Assembly (NCBI RefSeq): GCF_963921235.1
Contig: NC_086097.1
Location: forward strand, 157,234,001 to 157,298,000
Origin: Mobula hypostoma
Taxonomy: Eukaryota
Length of the DNA: 64,000 nucleotides
Direction: 5' to 3'
The notes beneath the pieces are model-generated. The model ran no database searches. It was not told where the DNA came from and saw only the letters and a program-made list of their open reading frames with translations. A program made the position numbers and the translations under genes. This document shows positions 13,138 through 25,550 of the stretch, piece by piece; within the stretch, counting starts at the first letter, position 1, and every line of letters starts with the position of its first letter.

Positions 13138-13601
13138 CTCAGCAAGCCAATCAATACCTGGGGAGGAAAAGGATTTGAATGCATTATGGGGAGGGATCCC
13201 AAAACATCAACCGACCTTTTCTCTCCACTGTTGCTGCTCGTTAGGCTGAGGTCCTCCAGCAGTTTGTTTGTTGCTCCTGATTCTAGAATCTTCTGTCTCT
13301 TTTAATCTCCGAGTTGCAGGCAGTGATTATCTACACCAATTGACAGCCAAACCTCTTCCTCTTAAAATTCAACAGCACTCATTATGAGCTCCGCCGCCAT
13401 AAACATCCTGTATGTCATCGCACATCAGAAACAACTAATCTGGTGATTTAAAAAAAATACAAGTGCAGAGTACCTGCAGAGTGTTCTATATGTCAGGTTT
13501 CTTCTGCAGCAGTTCCATATCCCTCACTTCTACCATCTGGAAGTAATTCACCATCTGCAGATTTACTTCCACATTGCACATTATTCCAGGTTAGAATTAC
13601 A
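13138..13601 (+). repeat. Local duplication, copy 2
   Basis: Matches 11731-12212 with substitutions and a small deletion; directly follows a Rex1/Babar fragment (about 12870-13135). Confidence 0.9.
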
Positions 13602-14168
13602 TCAAGAGTGTTAAAAATTAAGTTAAATGATATTTTATCATCCCTTATCTTTCAAAGATAAGGAGCCCGGCAATTTCATGTTCTTGTCTCTTTAATGTAT
13701 TAACCCATTTATCATATATAAGGCAGAAACAGCTTTCATACAGCACAACTCCAATGCCATATTTAACTTTGCTGATGACACCACAATTGTTAGCCAAGTC
13801 AAAGATGGTGACAAATGTGTGTATAGGAGGGAGACTGTAAATCTGGTTGAGTGGTGCCACAACGGCAACCTCTTTCTTTTCGTTTTCTTAGCCTTAATTT
13901 TTCTTTTATTTCTCTTTTATTTTTTATTTTACTTTTTTTCTTTTTTGCTCTTTTTTCTACATAATTTTACACATTTTTTTGTTTTACTATTTTGTATTGC
14001 AATGTACTGCTGCCACAAAACAACAAATATCATGACATATGCCAATGATATTAAACCTCATTTGATTCCGATTCTTACTCAATGTCAGCAAAACCAAAGA
14101 ACTGATTATTGAGTATAGGAGGAAGAAACCAAAGGTCCATGAGCCACTCCTAATGAGTCCTAACTCAC

Positions 14169-14302
14169 TAGTCCTGCTGAAGGGTCTGGGTCCGAAACGT
14201 TGACTGTACTCTTTTCCATTGATGCTGCCTGTCTTGCTGAGTTCCTGCAGCATTGTGTGTGTGTTGTTTGGATTTCCAATATATACAGATGTTCTCTTGT
14301 TT
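14169..14302 (+). repeat. Penelope-derived terminal repeat with near-intact hammerhead
   Basis: tagtc-CTGCTGA-agggtctgggtcc-GAAA-cgtt-gactg; one core substitution (CUGAUGA to CUGCUGA). Confidence 0.8.
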
Positions 14303-15381
14303 GTAATTGGATTTATTTGTAATTGTATTCATCTCTCTGACTTTTTGTTTCAGTCTTGTGAAGTCTTGACCGAAACACAGTGATGGTAACACTCCCTACT
14401 TACCTCAGTCCACATTCCTAGAAAGTGGATCAGTGATTTGTATAGACACAGTTAATGGAGCAGTATTAATTTAATTCCAGGTTACTGCTTTTGAGCCACA
14501 GTGATGGCATTAGTTTCTAGTTAGTTTGAGAATTTTTATAGTTACTGGCCCTGTTGGCCTAGTGTTTATTATTTTCCTTTGTACTGTACAGGTCTTAATA
14601 AAACTGAGTAAACTGTTCATTCCGTATCTGTGGCTCTCCCTCTGCACTGGGGCCATCACTGAACTCCTGTCATCAGCCTACTGAACCAGAATGGGTAACT
14701 TCACTCACTTCAACACTAAACTGATTCCACGACCTATTGACTCACTTTCAAGAACTTTACAACTTATATTCTCAGCATTTGTTTATTCATTCATAATTAT
14801 TATTATTATTTGTCTTTTGCACATTGGTTGTTTATCAAGCTTTGATAGTGTATAGTTGTTCATTGATCTATGGTGTTTCTTTGTTCTGCTGTAAATACCA
14901 GCATGAATAAATGATTTTCAGGTGTCATATGATGACATATGTACTTTGATAACAAATTACTTTGAACTTAGAAACAGTTATACATTGAGTTATATCATTT
15001 TACTATAAGAAGTTTGAATTTTACAAAATTTATATACATATAATAATACAGAAATTGAACTAATTGAATGGGTTAAAGCTCAATTCTTTGGAAGAGGTTT
15101 AAGGTATTTTTTAATATAGGATGTGCATAAAGGATGGTTCCAATTGCAGGCAAGATCAGAGCAATAAGTAAAAGTATACAATAAAATCACCAGCAACTTC
15201 AACAGAGATACAGGAAAAAAACATGTTTGCTGATATATTTGTTAGAAAGAGCCCCACAAAAGGGATTTGGACTAAATAACATACTGTAGTTTCACATAAA
15301 GGAAAGTGAGAATAACGTATGGAGTTAGGAAACTGGAGGATATGTTTGTGGAGTTTGATGGACACTGATGATGAGTCTGTG

Positions 15382-15908
15382 TGTCTTGCAACGAATGAGG
15401 CGAACCCAAATGCAGGACACAGGCATGGAGATTGAGTTAGGATGCAGACGCGGGCGTGAGCGCTGAACGGCAAACAGGAGGGAGTGCAGGAAAGCAGGAG
15501 GCAGGCAGAACTTATCTTGACACAGAGCGTAGAAAGGAAAGTGGCAGACAAAACTTTTCTTAGCACAGAGAGACTGAGTTACACAGGTAAACCTTGGTGC
15601 TGAAATAAACCTTAGAATACTTATCTTGACATGGAGAGACTGAGTTTCACAGGTAAATCTCGGTACTGAAGCAAAACTTAGAACACACAGTCCTAAGCGG
15701 CCGGGAAACGTTAATTACCACCCTGACAAAACCAACAATCTGGCAACTAGTGGGTGCAAAGCCGGGCTTCTTATGCTACAGGTCATGATGAAAACAGGTG
15801 TGCTATCATCAAAGGAAATTAGGAGAAAATAGGGAATTAAGGTCGGAACCCTGGCACAATCAATGGGAATTAGGAGAAAATGGGGAATTAATGGTCAGGA
15901 CCGTGACA
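15382..15908 (-). repeat. 3' LTR of the chromovirus
   Basis: TGTC...GACA termini; adjacent purine tract gaggagaggctac on minus; last ~113 bp repeated at 18623-18736; contains internal tandem repeats. Confidence 0.85.
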
Positions 15909-17588
15909 GTAGCCTCTCCTCAATGGGAGCCTCAAGGTGAACCACTAGGCTTGTCTGGATTGTCTCAATGTAAATCTCGGATGAGGGAAGAGTCCAGGAT
16001 GAAGGAGCAGGGAATCCATGAGCGTTCTTCCAGGCCATATCCCTCCCAATCAACCAGGTACTGGTGACCCCTGCCTCAACAATGCACATCCAGTATTCGC
16101 CGGATGGTGTAAGCTGGGTAGTCATCAATGATCCGGGCGGGTGGAGGAGGTTCAGCTGGATGGCACAAAGGGCTGACAGACACAGGTTTCAGTTAGGAGA
16201 TGTGGAACCTGGGATGAATGTGCATGGACCTGGGCAGTTTGAGTTTGACCATCGAGGGGTTGATAATGCTCTCTATTTCGAATGGTCCAATGTAACAAGG
16301 AACGAGTTTCTTGGGTTCATTCTTGAGGGGGATGTTTTTTGAAGAGAGCCAAACCTTCTGGCCAGGCTGATAGTTGGGTGCAGGAATTCGATGGCGATCG
16401 GCAATCCTCCGGTTGCGTTCAGCTGAGTGGAGCAGGGCCACGCGTGCATCCTTCCAGAACTTACAGCACCAGTGGAGATGGGCCTGAACTGAAGGCACAG
16501 TAATGTCGTCTTCATGGGCAGGAAACAGAGGGAGTTGATAACCGAGGGAGCTTTCGAAGGGAGACATTCCGGTGGCGGTGCTAACCAGGGAGTTGTGGGC
16601 ATACTCCACCCAAGAGACACTTACAGTACCCTGGAGGAACTCAGCAAGTTGGGCAGCATCAGTGGAAACGATGAGTCAACGTTTCGGGCCGGAAGGATTT
16701 GAAGAATCCACCCAAGTGAGATGGGTGCTCCAGGATGACGGGTTGTTGGCAGATACACAGCACAGTGCTGCTTCCAAATCTTGGTTTGCTTGTTCCATTT
16801 GACCATTAGTCTGTGGATGGAAACCGGAAGACAGACTTACTGAGTCTCCAAGGGCTTGACAGAAGGATCTCCAGATTTGAGAGATGAATTGGGGGCCCCG
16901 GTCAGAAACAATGTCAGAGGGAATTCCATGAAGGCGGAATACGTGATGGACAAGGAGGTCGGTGTTTCATGGGCTGTAGGGAGTTTGGGAAGGGCTATGA
17001 AGTGCAGGGCTTTGGAGAAACGGTCTGTGTCTGGACTCTTCCCTCATCCGAGATTTACAACAAGACAGTCCAGACAAGCCTGGTGGTTCACATTGAGGCT
17101 CCCATTGAGGAGAGGCTACTGTCACAGCTGAGTACAGCAGTGTTACCATGTGAAGGGGTAGTCCAGCAACAAAATCCAGAGCAATGTGGGACCAAGGGCA
17201 GCCAGGGACAGGGAGGGGACGAACCAACCCAGCGGGTGGCCGATGGGAGGCTTTTCCGTGGGCACACACAGAACAGGCAGAGACGAAGGAACGAGTGTCA
17301 GCATCCATGGTGGGCCACCAGAAATGTCACTTCAAAAGGGACAGAGGTCGATCGATTCCAGGATGGCAGGTGAACCGGGAAGTATGCCCCGAATGGAGAA
17401 CCTGAGACCAAACAGAGTTAGGCACGAAGAGACCACTGGGGGGTCCATTGCCTGGGTCAGGTAGATTCTGTTGTCCTCCTTGATTATGGATTTGATCTCC
17501 CAGGTGAGGGCAGCCACAACACAGAACAAAGAACGTAGAACAGTACAGCACTGTATAGTCCCTTCAGCCCACAATGCTGTGCCGACTC

Positions 17589-18611
17589 TCAAACCCTGCC
17601 TCCCATATAACAGGATGGTGGAAGGATGTTATCAGGGTTGGGAAGGCAGTCCTTGGAGACGTATTGATGAGAGAGAGCATCTGGCTTCCCATTCTTGGAA
17701 CCAGGACAATAGGTGAAGGTGAATTTGATACAGCCAAAAAATAATGCCCAACGGGCTTGGTGGGAATTAAGGCGTTTAGCGGTTTGGATGTATGCCAGGT
17801 TCTTATGGTCCATCCAGACGATGAATAGATGTTCTGCTCCCTCCAGCCAGTGCCTCCACTCCTCCAATGTGAGTTTGACGGCCAGCAACTCCCGGTTCCC
17901 AATGTCATAGTTCCGTTTGGTGGGAGATAGACAACGAGAGAAGAAGGCGCAGGGATGGAGCTTTTGGTCTGGGACGAAGCATTGAGAGAGGACCACTCCC
18001 ACCCCAGAGTCGGAGGCGTCAACTTCCACAATGAATTGGCAAGAGGGATCAGGTTGTGCCAGGATGGGAGCAGAGGTGAAATGCCTCTTCATCTCTGAGA
18101 AGGCTGAATCCACTTTGGGGGTCCAGTGGAAGGGGGTCGCAGGAGAGGTGAGTTGAGTAAGGGGCGCTGCCACCTGGCTGTAATCCCTGATGAAGCAACG
18201 GTAGAAGTTTGTAAACTCCAGAAAACGCTGGATTTGTTTGAGTGTCGTGGGTTTTGGCCACTCTGCCACCACCGGGATCTTTTCGGGATCCACCCTTACT
18301 TGCCCGCTCTCAATGATGTACCCCAGGAAACTGACAGAACGGGCATGGAACTCGCACTTCTCTGCCTTAACGAATAGCTTGTTCTCCAAAAGCCTCTGAA
18401 GAACCTGACAGACATGATGGGTGTGTTCCTGAAGACTACGGGAGAAGATTAGGATGTTGTCCAAATAAATGAAAATGAAACGGTTAATAAGGTCCCTAAG
18501 GACGTCGTTGACCAGGGCTTGGAAGATGGCAGGGGGTATTGGTGAGACCGAATGGCATGACCAGATATTCAAAATGACCAAGGGGGGTGTTAAAAGCTGT
18601 TTTCCATTCAT
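17589..18611 (-). pseudogene. pol: Gypsy pol fragment (RT-RNase H), catalytic YLDD changed to YLDN
   Basis: 340 aa ORF with Gypsy RT/RNase H motifs; frameshifted N-terminus; no gag or protease upstream. Confidence 0.9.
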
Positions 18612-20840
18612 CTCCCTTCCTTAGGTGTGCTATCATCAAAGGAAATTAGGAGAAAATGGGGAATTAATGGTCAGAACCGTGGCACAATCAAAGGGAATTA
18701 GGAGAAAATGGGGAATTAACGGTCAGGACAGTGACGGTGTAGAGTTTAAACACCGGTGAAAAACCTATCTTGGTTCTGAATTTGCCATCTAGTTGTAAAG
18801 TTGTCTGATTAGATATTTTGTAGTGAGTGAAAACCCTTTGGCATAAGGGATACAACAGCAATCATTCAGTGATTTTAAAATTGGAACAAGTCATTTGTAC
18901 AGACCTGAAATCTGATGAAAAGTTATTGGCATGAAATGTTCTCTCTATGAATGCTGCCTGATCTGCTGAGTTTTCCAACATTTTCTGCTTTTATTTTATA
19001 TTTAAGTTGTGATAACTTGCCATCCTCTACAAATGAAGGGATTATAGATCCTGTGCAGGCAGACAGAATTAGTTTAATTTGGCTTCACATTTGGCACCAA
19101 AGGACCTGTTTCAGTACTGGACTATTCTATGATCTATATTCGTCCTCAAATTGTCATTGTGATTCACTACAATAAAAACTCTCCATCTCCAAAGATTCTG
19201 CTTTAAAAGATCTTGCACAGTAGGTTGCAAGAAGCCATCTCCTCAACGTTATCCAACTACTTGCCCTCAATTGTACTGACGAATATTTTTGATGTACGCT
19301 TACATTTTTCATCCTATCTTTAAGACAGCAAGAACTACAATATCAATTGACCTTACTGGAGATTATTTCCAGAGATTCCAGTCTGTTCCCCCTCCATCAA
19401 CCAGGAAGTAAAACAAGAAGTTGACCCAAACATGCTGGATTATATTGATCCTCTTAATTTGTTTTGAAGAGAGAAAAACAATGTTTATCTGAGAAGGACT
19501 AAACTATAAATGTAAATGATAAGGCATGTTAATGGAATTCCCTCTAGGATCATTGAGAGAACAAATGGTTGTTAGTCTTTAAACAAAGGGATTTTCGTGA
19601 CTCAGGCTTGAGTAGATTTTTCATTGACTCCTTTCAGTGTAGGAACACAATTGTGATTAGATAATGTTGTAAATAAGTAAAAGACCAACAAATATCACAA
19701 ACTGTCTTCAGACCCATAGGCTGCTTGCTCAGTCTTTGGACCTTCTGAAATGTTCAGCAGTCCCTATGACTGTAATGAGCTGTTTTCAATTATGTGCATC
19801 CTGGCTTTATTCCAGAGCAGCATTTCTCTTTTCATTGCTAAACTGTTACCTTTATTTCTCTGTGACTTGCAGCTGGATTATGTTAGGTTCCCAGATTTCT
19901 GTACTCACCTGGCCCATGTGTGGAGAGGAGATCACACTGGCACTCTGAATTGGCTGCAACAGCCCAGCATCCTCTCATCCTGCACCCAGAATGTCACTGG
20001 GGTCTGCCTTCTGTCAGAACTTCAGGTGAATCCAACAACATTTAATGGTCTCTAGTTATGAAAATATTAAGTAAATCATTTTAAACTAACTAAAATTAAG
20101 TAGTAAGAAGTTAAATAGAAGCATACAAATAATTTAGAAATAATTTGAAAAACTGAATATAGTAAAAAGAAAATGGCTTACTTACTCCTATGACATAAGA
20201 GATTCTACAGATGCTAGATATCTTGAACAACACACACAAAATGCTAGAGGAACTCAACAGGATTTTGCTAGCATCTATGGAGGGAAATGATCAGTCCATG
20301 TTTCAGACCAAGACCCTTCATATGCAGATGAACATCAGTTCTAATGAGTCATTCAGCTCAGAAAAAAAAAGCTGTTTAGTCTACTGAATCCACACATCAA
20401 TCTACACTAATCTCATTCAATAAGTCTCTCCAATTCTGCGTATTGTTCTGCTGAGCATTGTGGACATGGTATGCAGACACTGAAATGTGAGGAAAAACTT
20501 GAAATATTGTGTTGGTTGTTAACATTAATAATCTACTTCACATGTAAATTTGATTAATAAATTAATCAATTTAATCCAGTCCAATCTGATATGCCCGCAA
20601 TCACATGAATAATAGCAGCAGTTTACAACAGCCTACCAGCCTGCTTATTTTGGAGTTGTGGGAAGCCAGAGAACTTAGAAGAAGCCCATTTAAATATCAT
20701 ATAAAGTACCAGAAGAGTTGATGAAAGTATGAGGAAAGTAAAATGAAATAGGTGTAAAGGGGAACCTGAATATCAGCATGGAACTACTGGCCTAGTTCCC
20801 TGATATATTTAAAAAAAACCTCAAAAGTTCATTTCTTCAG

Positions 20841-20974
20841 CAGTTCACTGGGAAATCCCTGTAAGTCTGGACTTCACCATAGAAGTCCAGCAACAGAGTG
20901 CAGTCACAAATGCGAAACCCCCTGTCTCTGTAAGGCTCAGCCTTGTTGAGCAGTCTATCCATTTCAATGGATGA
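20841..20974 (+). CDS. Candidate terminal exon of the plus-strand gene
   Basis: Acceptor ttcatttcttcag; frame VHWEIPVSLDFTIEVQQQSAVTNAKPPVSVRLSLVEQSIHFNG*; AATAAA motifs near 21602-21620; a competing minus-strand ORF overlaps it. Confidence 0.25.
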
Positions 20975-21699
20975 AAGCCAATCAAAACTGTCAAAATCAG
21001 TCTTGCAAGATTCAGTCCACCGTATCATCAGAAATGCACAGATCTATACATGCAATGCAATATCTTCAAAGTGGAATTGTTTGAATTGCACACAATAATT
21101 GTATTAACCTGATTCTGCGAAGAAAGTTAAATATAATTGCACTTTTGAAGAAAAATACCATGGCAACAACATCTAAACTTCCAATTCCTTTTGTCAGTAG
21201 AGTATGAATTTTGCAATGAGCTATGTAAGAGATGGAACAGGTTGTGTGAACATGAGATGTGATATTTAAATTCTGACTGCTGACTTTTGGAACCTATTCA
21301 GAATGAAATCCAGAGGAAAAAAAAAGAATCATTACTACACAATCTGTCAGTCTTAATTCAATTAAAATTACAAAATTAGACTGCTTTATAATGGGTAAGA
21401 GCATACTGCAGGATTCTGAAACTACAGTATGTAACATATTAAAGCAAAATTGCAGTTATTTGTCATTGTTTAATGAGACAATCTGTGTAGGTTGATGGAA
21501 TAGGACTGGGAAACCATTTGACAGTAACAACATAGAAATCAATTTCTGAAAAAAAGATAAAAATACTCTTAAGTACTAGAGTCTCAGAGTACATACTAGA
21601 AATAAACAGCAGAAATAAATATAAAACAATCTAGGGTCACCCTATTCCAGTGGTAAGAAAAAGAAAGAAACATTGGTTAAAAACAAAGGATTTCCCAAC

Positions 21700-21798
21700 A
21701 ACACACACAAAATGCTGGAGGAACTCTGCAAGTCAGGCAACATCCATGGAGGGAAATGTACAGTCATCATTTCGGGCCAAGACCCTTCATCAGGACTG
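21700..21798 (-). repeat. Penelope-derived terminal repeat, hammerhead core intact but stem III mutated
   Basis: Minus: cagtc-CTGATGA-agggtcttggccc-GAAA-tgat-gactg; perfect 5-bp stem I. Confidence 0.8.
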
Positions 21799-22654
21799 GA
21801 AAGGAAGGGAAAAGAAGCCAAAATCCCAAACAAATTTCTGCATTTGCAGTATTTTTAAAAACACAGACAATTGTGGAATCTGCTCCCCCCCCTTAAGTCG
21901 TTGGAAAAGAAAATTTAACTTCAATTAATGATGCATTCTGTATATCATTAATATCCTATTTTATAATTAACTAAACAGGAATTTCCGTAACCTTAGTTAC
22001 CTTAGTTCAAAGTTAAGATTCCTAAAGCTCAATGCAATGTTTACTATCTCAAGAGGGGATTGGCACTTTAATAAGACATACATCACAATCATATTTTGCA
22101 CCAAAAATAAATGACTATAGTTACATTTCAAATTGCTTATCAATTGGCTTAGCCATCCACATAGTTTATTGTTATATGCATATGTCTGGCTAAATATAAA
22201 AAGTATAAGTTAGGATAATATCCAAGATAAATATGTCCAGCGGTAAGTGGAAGGGATTTTTTGCTCATTAACTGAGGGAAATATGATAATTGTTATGACG
22301 TACATCCCTATAATTAACTATTTTTCTGGTTTATGGGTCTGCACTTGTTGACTGGCAATGAAATGACATCCAAATATCCTTAACAACCAAACAAGTTCTG
22401 GGCTTAGCATAGAAATAGAGATTTAGCATAAGAACAGACTGATATTCCAGCAAATAAACATAGAAACAGCTATCCAAGGAAGCACAATTTGAATATCTGA
22501 ACATATGACTATGTAGTTTTGAATATATGAACATGTGGACATACAAGTGGTCAAATATTTGAACACTCAAGCATGGCAGCATTTGAATTAGCTTAGAAAG
22601 GACTTACTGATCCAAGAGCCCTCTCCAACACATTTCCATATTTATACTCTGCAG

Positions 22655-22734
22655 CTGGGGTTCCTTACCTGGGGTCCACAAACCCCTTGATTAATGCTCA
22701 CGTTCCATGGCATAAAAAGGGTTGGGAAGCCCTA
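22655..22734. mobile_element. 80-bp hAT-type MITE
   Basis: Imperfect TIRs ctggggttcc...gggaagcccta; 8-bp TSD ctctgcag/ctctacag. Confidence 0.75.
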
Positions 22735-22855
22735 CTCTACAGCCTTCCTGGCAGTCACCCAATCTCATGGAATAGGGGAGAAACAGATAAACCCCAAGTT
22801 ATTTAGGAAGGACATAATCCAGGACATTCATCTCCAAAACAAGTCAGAGATCTTG

Positions 22856-23105
22856 TCACTGATAAACACCTCCCGGTTCATGTATAAGCTGATTTTTCAG
22901 GCCAAACTGTAAACTCCGGAACCCAATAGAAGAATTCATCAAATCAGTGTTCATTTCAGAGCCAGCAGGCTGCTCCACTGCTCCACTGACAAAAGAGCTT
23001 GTTTTCATCTTCAACCGAGATTTGCTCTGATATCCCTTGAGATTATAACCCTGTGGTTTTCCCCGAGATTTCACAGATTCCAGCTGATGTAGGAAGGATG
23101 CAGTC
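22856..23105 (-). CDS. Candidate terminal exon of an unidentified minus-strand gene
   Basis: Acceptor tttgtacttttcatgggtcag; 82 open codons TASFLHQLESVKSRGKPQGYNLKGYQ...HEPGGVYQ*; phase 2 matches the 43320 donor. Confidence 0.35.
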
Positions 23106-23330
23106 CTGACCCATGAAAAGTACAAATTAGAAATTCAAAGATTAGCTTGTCAAACTTACTGTTCTTACTGTCAGATAGTCAGTTCCTAAATTATTGCAGA
23201 CATCTGGCTCACTAAATCCACTTACACTAAATGTATTTCGTTCTCCCCAGTTTCCCAGTAACTCTGCTACAGTTTCATCGTTCCCCTATTTACCACAGCC
23301 AATTTATAGCAACATGCATATCTTTGGAAT

Positions 23331-25015
23331 TGTTGTGTATTTAATATTTCAGTAAAATTTGAATAATATTGTAATTATGTTGATTAAGCATTCTTTGTTT
23401 AAATAATTCATTATGGATTATTTGTAAAAGTACGTAAATGGCATTCGTCATCACACCACTACATCTTGTGCACACAGCTTACTTAGACGTAAATACAAAC
23501 CTACACAGTTACTCTCAGCTCTGTGCTTTTATATTCAATTAGTGTTTTATGCTGTGCAGTTACAAAACATAAAAACTAATTGTTAAAGTGCAGCAAGAAA
23601 TGATTGTGTTAAAAAAAAGCACAGCACATCTTCACCAAAGGAATGACAGTTCAGTTTAAAAAAAGAAAAAAAAGACAGAAAATGGAACAATTCACTGGTT
23701 CATAAGTAATGACTATCAGTTGATCATAATCCAAAAAAAAAGAGCAGAAATTTCTGGCTACATCGGATAGATTGTCATGCTGGATTGTTCAACAGATAAC
23801 TGGTTCATGTATTCTGAGCTTATTGAACAGTATTTTGAAGCACTGAAATAGCCATTGAGAAGTGACTACCAGTATTGCTATGTATTGGGATTAAAGGCAT
23901 AGAATTTGTTTAGAAATTTGACTGAGATAAGCTGAAAAGAGCATGAGTGATACTGTGAAAGTAATACAGCAACCTTGAGAACTGAAACCATGGCTGATTG
24001 TAGAACACTTTTAGGTTTTATAACCAAATCAAAAAGAAGGTGAGTCTAATTCAGTTTATTCGGCTGAATTAGAGATTGTCGGAGCATTTGTCAGTTCAAT
24101 GATGGTCTTAAGTTTGATCATTTAGTTTGAGGAATCTTACAAGAAAGCTTTCAAAAATGCCTTCTAACTACAACTTCAGAGGGAAGACAAAAATATTTTA
24201 AAAAATCAAGTCGCAATTTCAAAAAGAGCTCTCATCTTATGCTGTTGATGAACGATCTAGTAATGATGAGAATGAAACAGGACTTGATAGCTTTGAGATT
24301 TACAATGTGAAAACTAAAAAGAGACATGCAACACACACAAAATGCAAAAGGAACTCACCAGGTCAACTGTTGAGTTCCTCCAGCATTTTGCGTGAGTTGC
24401 TCGAATTTCCAGCATCTGCAGCTTTTCTCTTGTGTGTGAAGAGACATGCAACATGGATTACACGGAAGTGAGCAGCAAATTAATTAAAATTTCATTGGTC
24501 ATTGGCTCTGCTGTTTCAGTCATTCCACAAAATGAGTTTGAACAGCATTTCAAAGGTACTGAACTGAAGCCTGCAGACATCCAGTTTAGAACCGATAATG
24601 ATGAGAGTGACACAGGACAGGGTAACCTTGATATTTACATGTGAAAACTAACAAGAGACAAACAACATGGCTTACACCAAAAGTGAATGGCAGATTAATT
24701 AAAATTGGCATTGCTTTGGCTGTTTCAGTCATTCCACAAAATTAGTTTGAACCTCATTTCAAAGGTATAGTACTAAAGCCTATAGATATCCAATGAAGAA
24801 CTTATACTGGAGAAAAGATATCTCCTATAGGAGTACAGTCATATCAGTAAAATAAAACAACCAAAAAGAAACAATGGGCTTGTATGTGGTAAAAGCAGGA
24901 GGGCTAGCATTGTGGGGATGTGAGTGGCTGAGACAACTATAATTTGATTGGAAATCCATCCACCATTTGCATGCCACATTCCCTGTAATAGAGTCAACTG
25001 AGAGCGAATGAAAAC
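23331..25015 (+). mobile_element. Decayed Gypsy-like LTR retrotransposon (LTR, gag and protease remnants)
   Basis: AT-rich LTR-like block starting tgttgtg; gag remnant GYIG..DNWFMYSELIEQYFEA; protease-like IGSAVSVIPQNEFEQHFKGTELKPADIQ present twice. Confidence 0.7.
24334..24438. repeat. Inverted (hairpin) pair of Penelope pLTR ends with 15-bp TSD
   Basis: cacacaaaatgcaaaaggaactca ... tgagttcctccagcattttgcgtg; flanked by aagagacatgcaaca at 24319-24333 and 24439-24453. Confidence 0.8.
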
Positions 25016-25017
25016 AC

Positions 25018-25550
25018 CTACAAAATGTAGTGGAGATGGCACAGTCCATCAGGGGTAAAGTCCTCCCCACCAATGAGCACATCAATATGAAGCATTGTCA
25101 CAGGAAAGTAGCATCCATCATATCACCAGGGCCCTCTACTACCCAGCACATGTTCCCTTCTTATTGCTGCCATCAGGAAGGAGGTACAGGAGCCTCAGGG
25201 CTCACACCACCAGGTTCAGTTACAGTTATTACCCCTCAGCCATCAGGCTCTTGAACCTAAAGTGAAAACTTCACTTGCCCATCACTGTGACATTTCCATA
25301 ACCTATTGACTCATTTTCTGGGGTCTTCATCACATGTTCTTGATATTTATTGCTTAGTTATTTATTATCACTATTTCTTTTTTTTGTACGTGTTGTCTTT
25401 TGCACACTAGATGAACACCTAAGCTGGTTCAGTCTTTCATTGAGTTTATTATGGGTATTATTCTATTACGGATTTATTGAGTATGCCCACAAAAAAATGT
25501 ATCTCAGAGTTGACATCTATGTACTTTGATAATAAATTTTCTTTGAACTT
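25018..25550 (+). mobile_element. Rex1/Babar LINE 3' end
   Basis: LQNVVEMAQSIRGKVLPTNEHI...LLPSGRRYRSLRAHTTRF; tail aataaattttctttgaact. Confidence 0.8.

Larger units (their letters stand above)
15382..18736 (-). mobile_element. Deleted and rearranged Ty3/Gypsy chromovirus (Sushi-like)
   Basis: RT/RNase H ([33 protein letters not shown]), integrase ([21 protein letters not shown]), chromodomain ([18 protein letters not shown]), PPT, full 3' LTR and partial 5' LTR 18623-18736. Confidence 0.95.

Noticed and set aside
15540..15908. Tandem repeats of about 70 and 45 bp that look array-like
   Set aside because: Internal LTR repeats with no unique spacers
15375..18742. TSD around the chromovirus
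   Set aside because: Flanks (ctgtg versus gtgta) do not match convincingly
20837..21045. Minus-strand ORF ICAFLMIRWTESCKTDFDSFDWLSSIEMDRLLNKAE... as a TBC-like terminal exon
   Set aside because: Resemblance is only impressionistic, the acceptor is weak and it conflicts with a plus-strand candidate; not excluded
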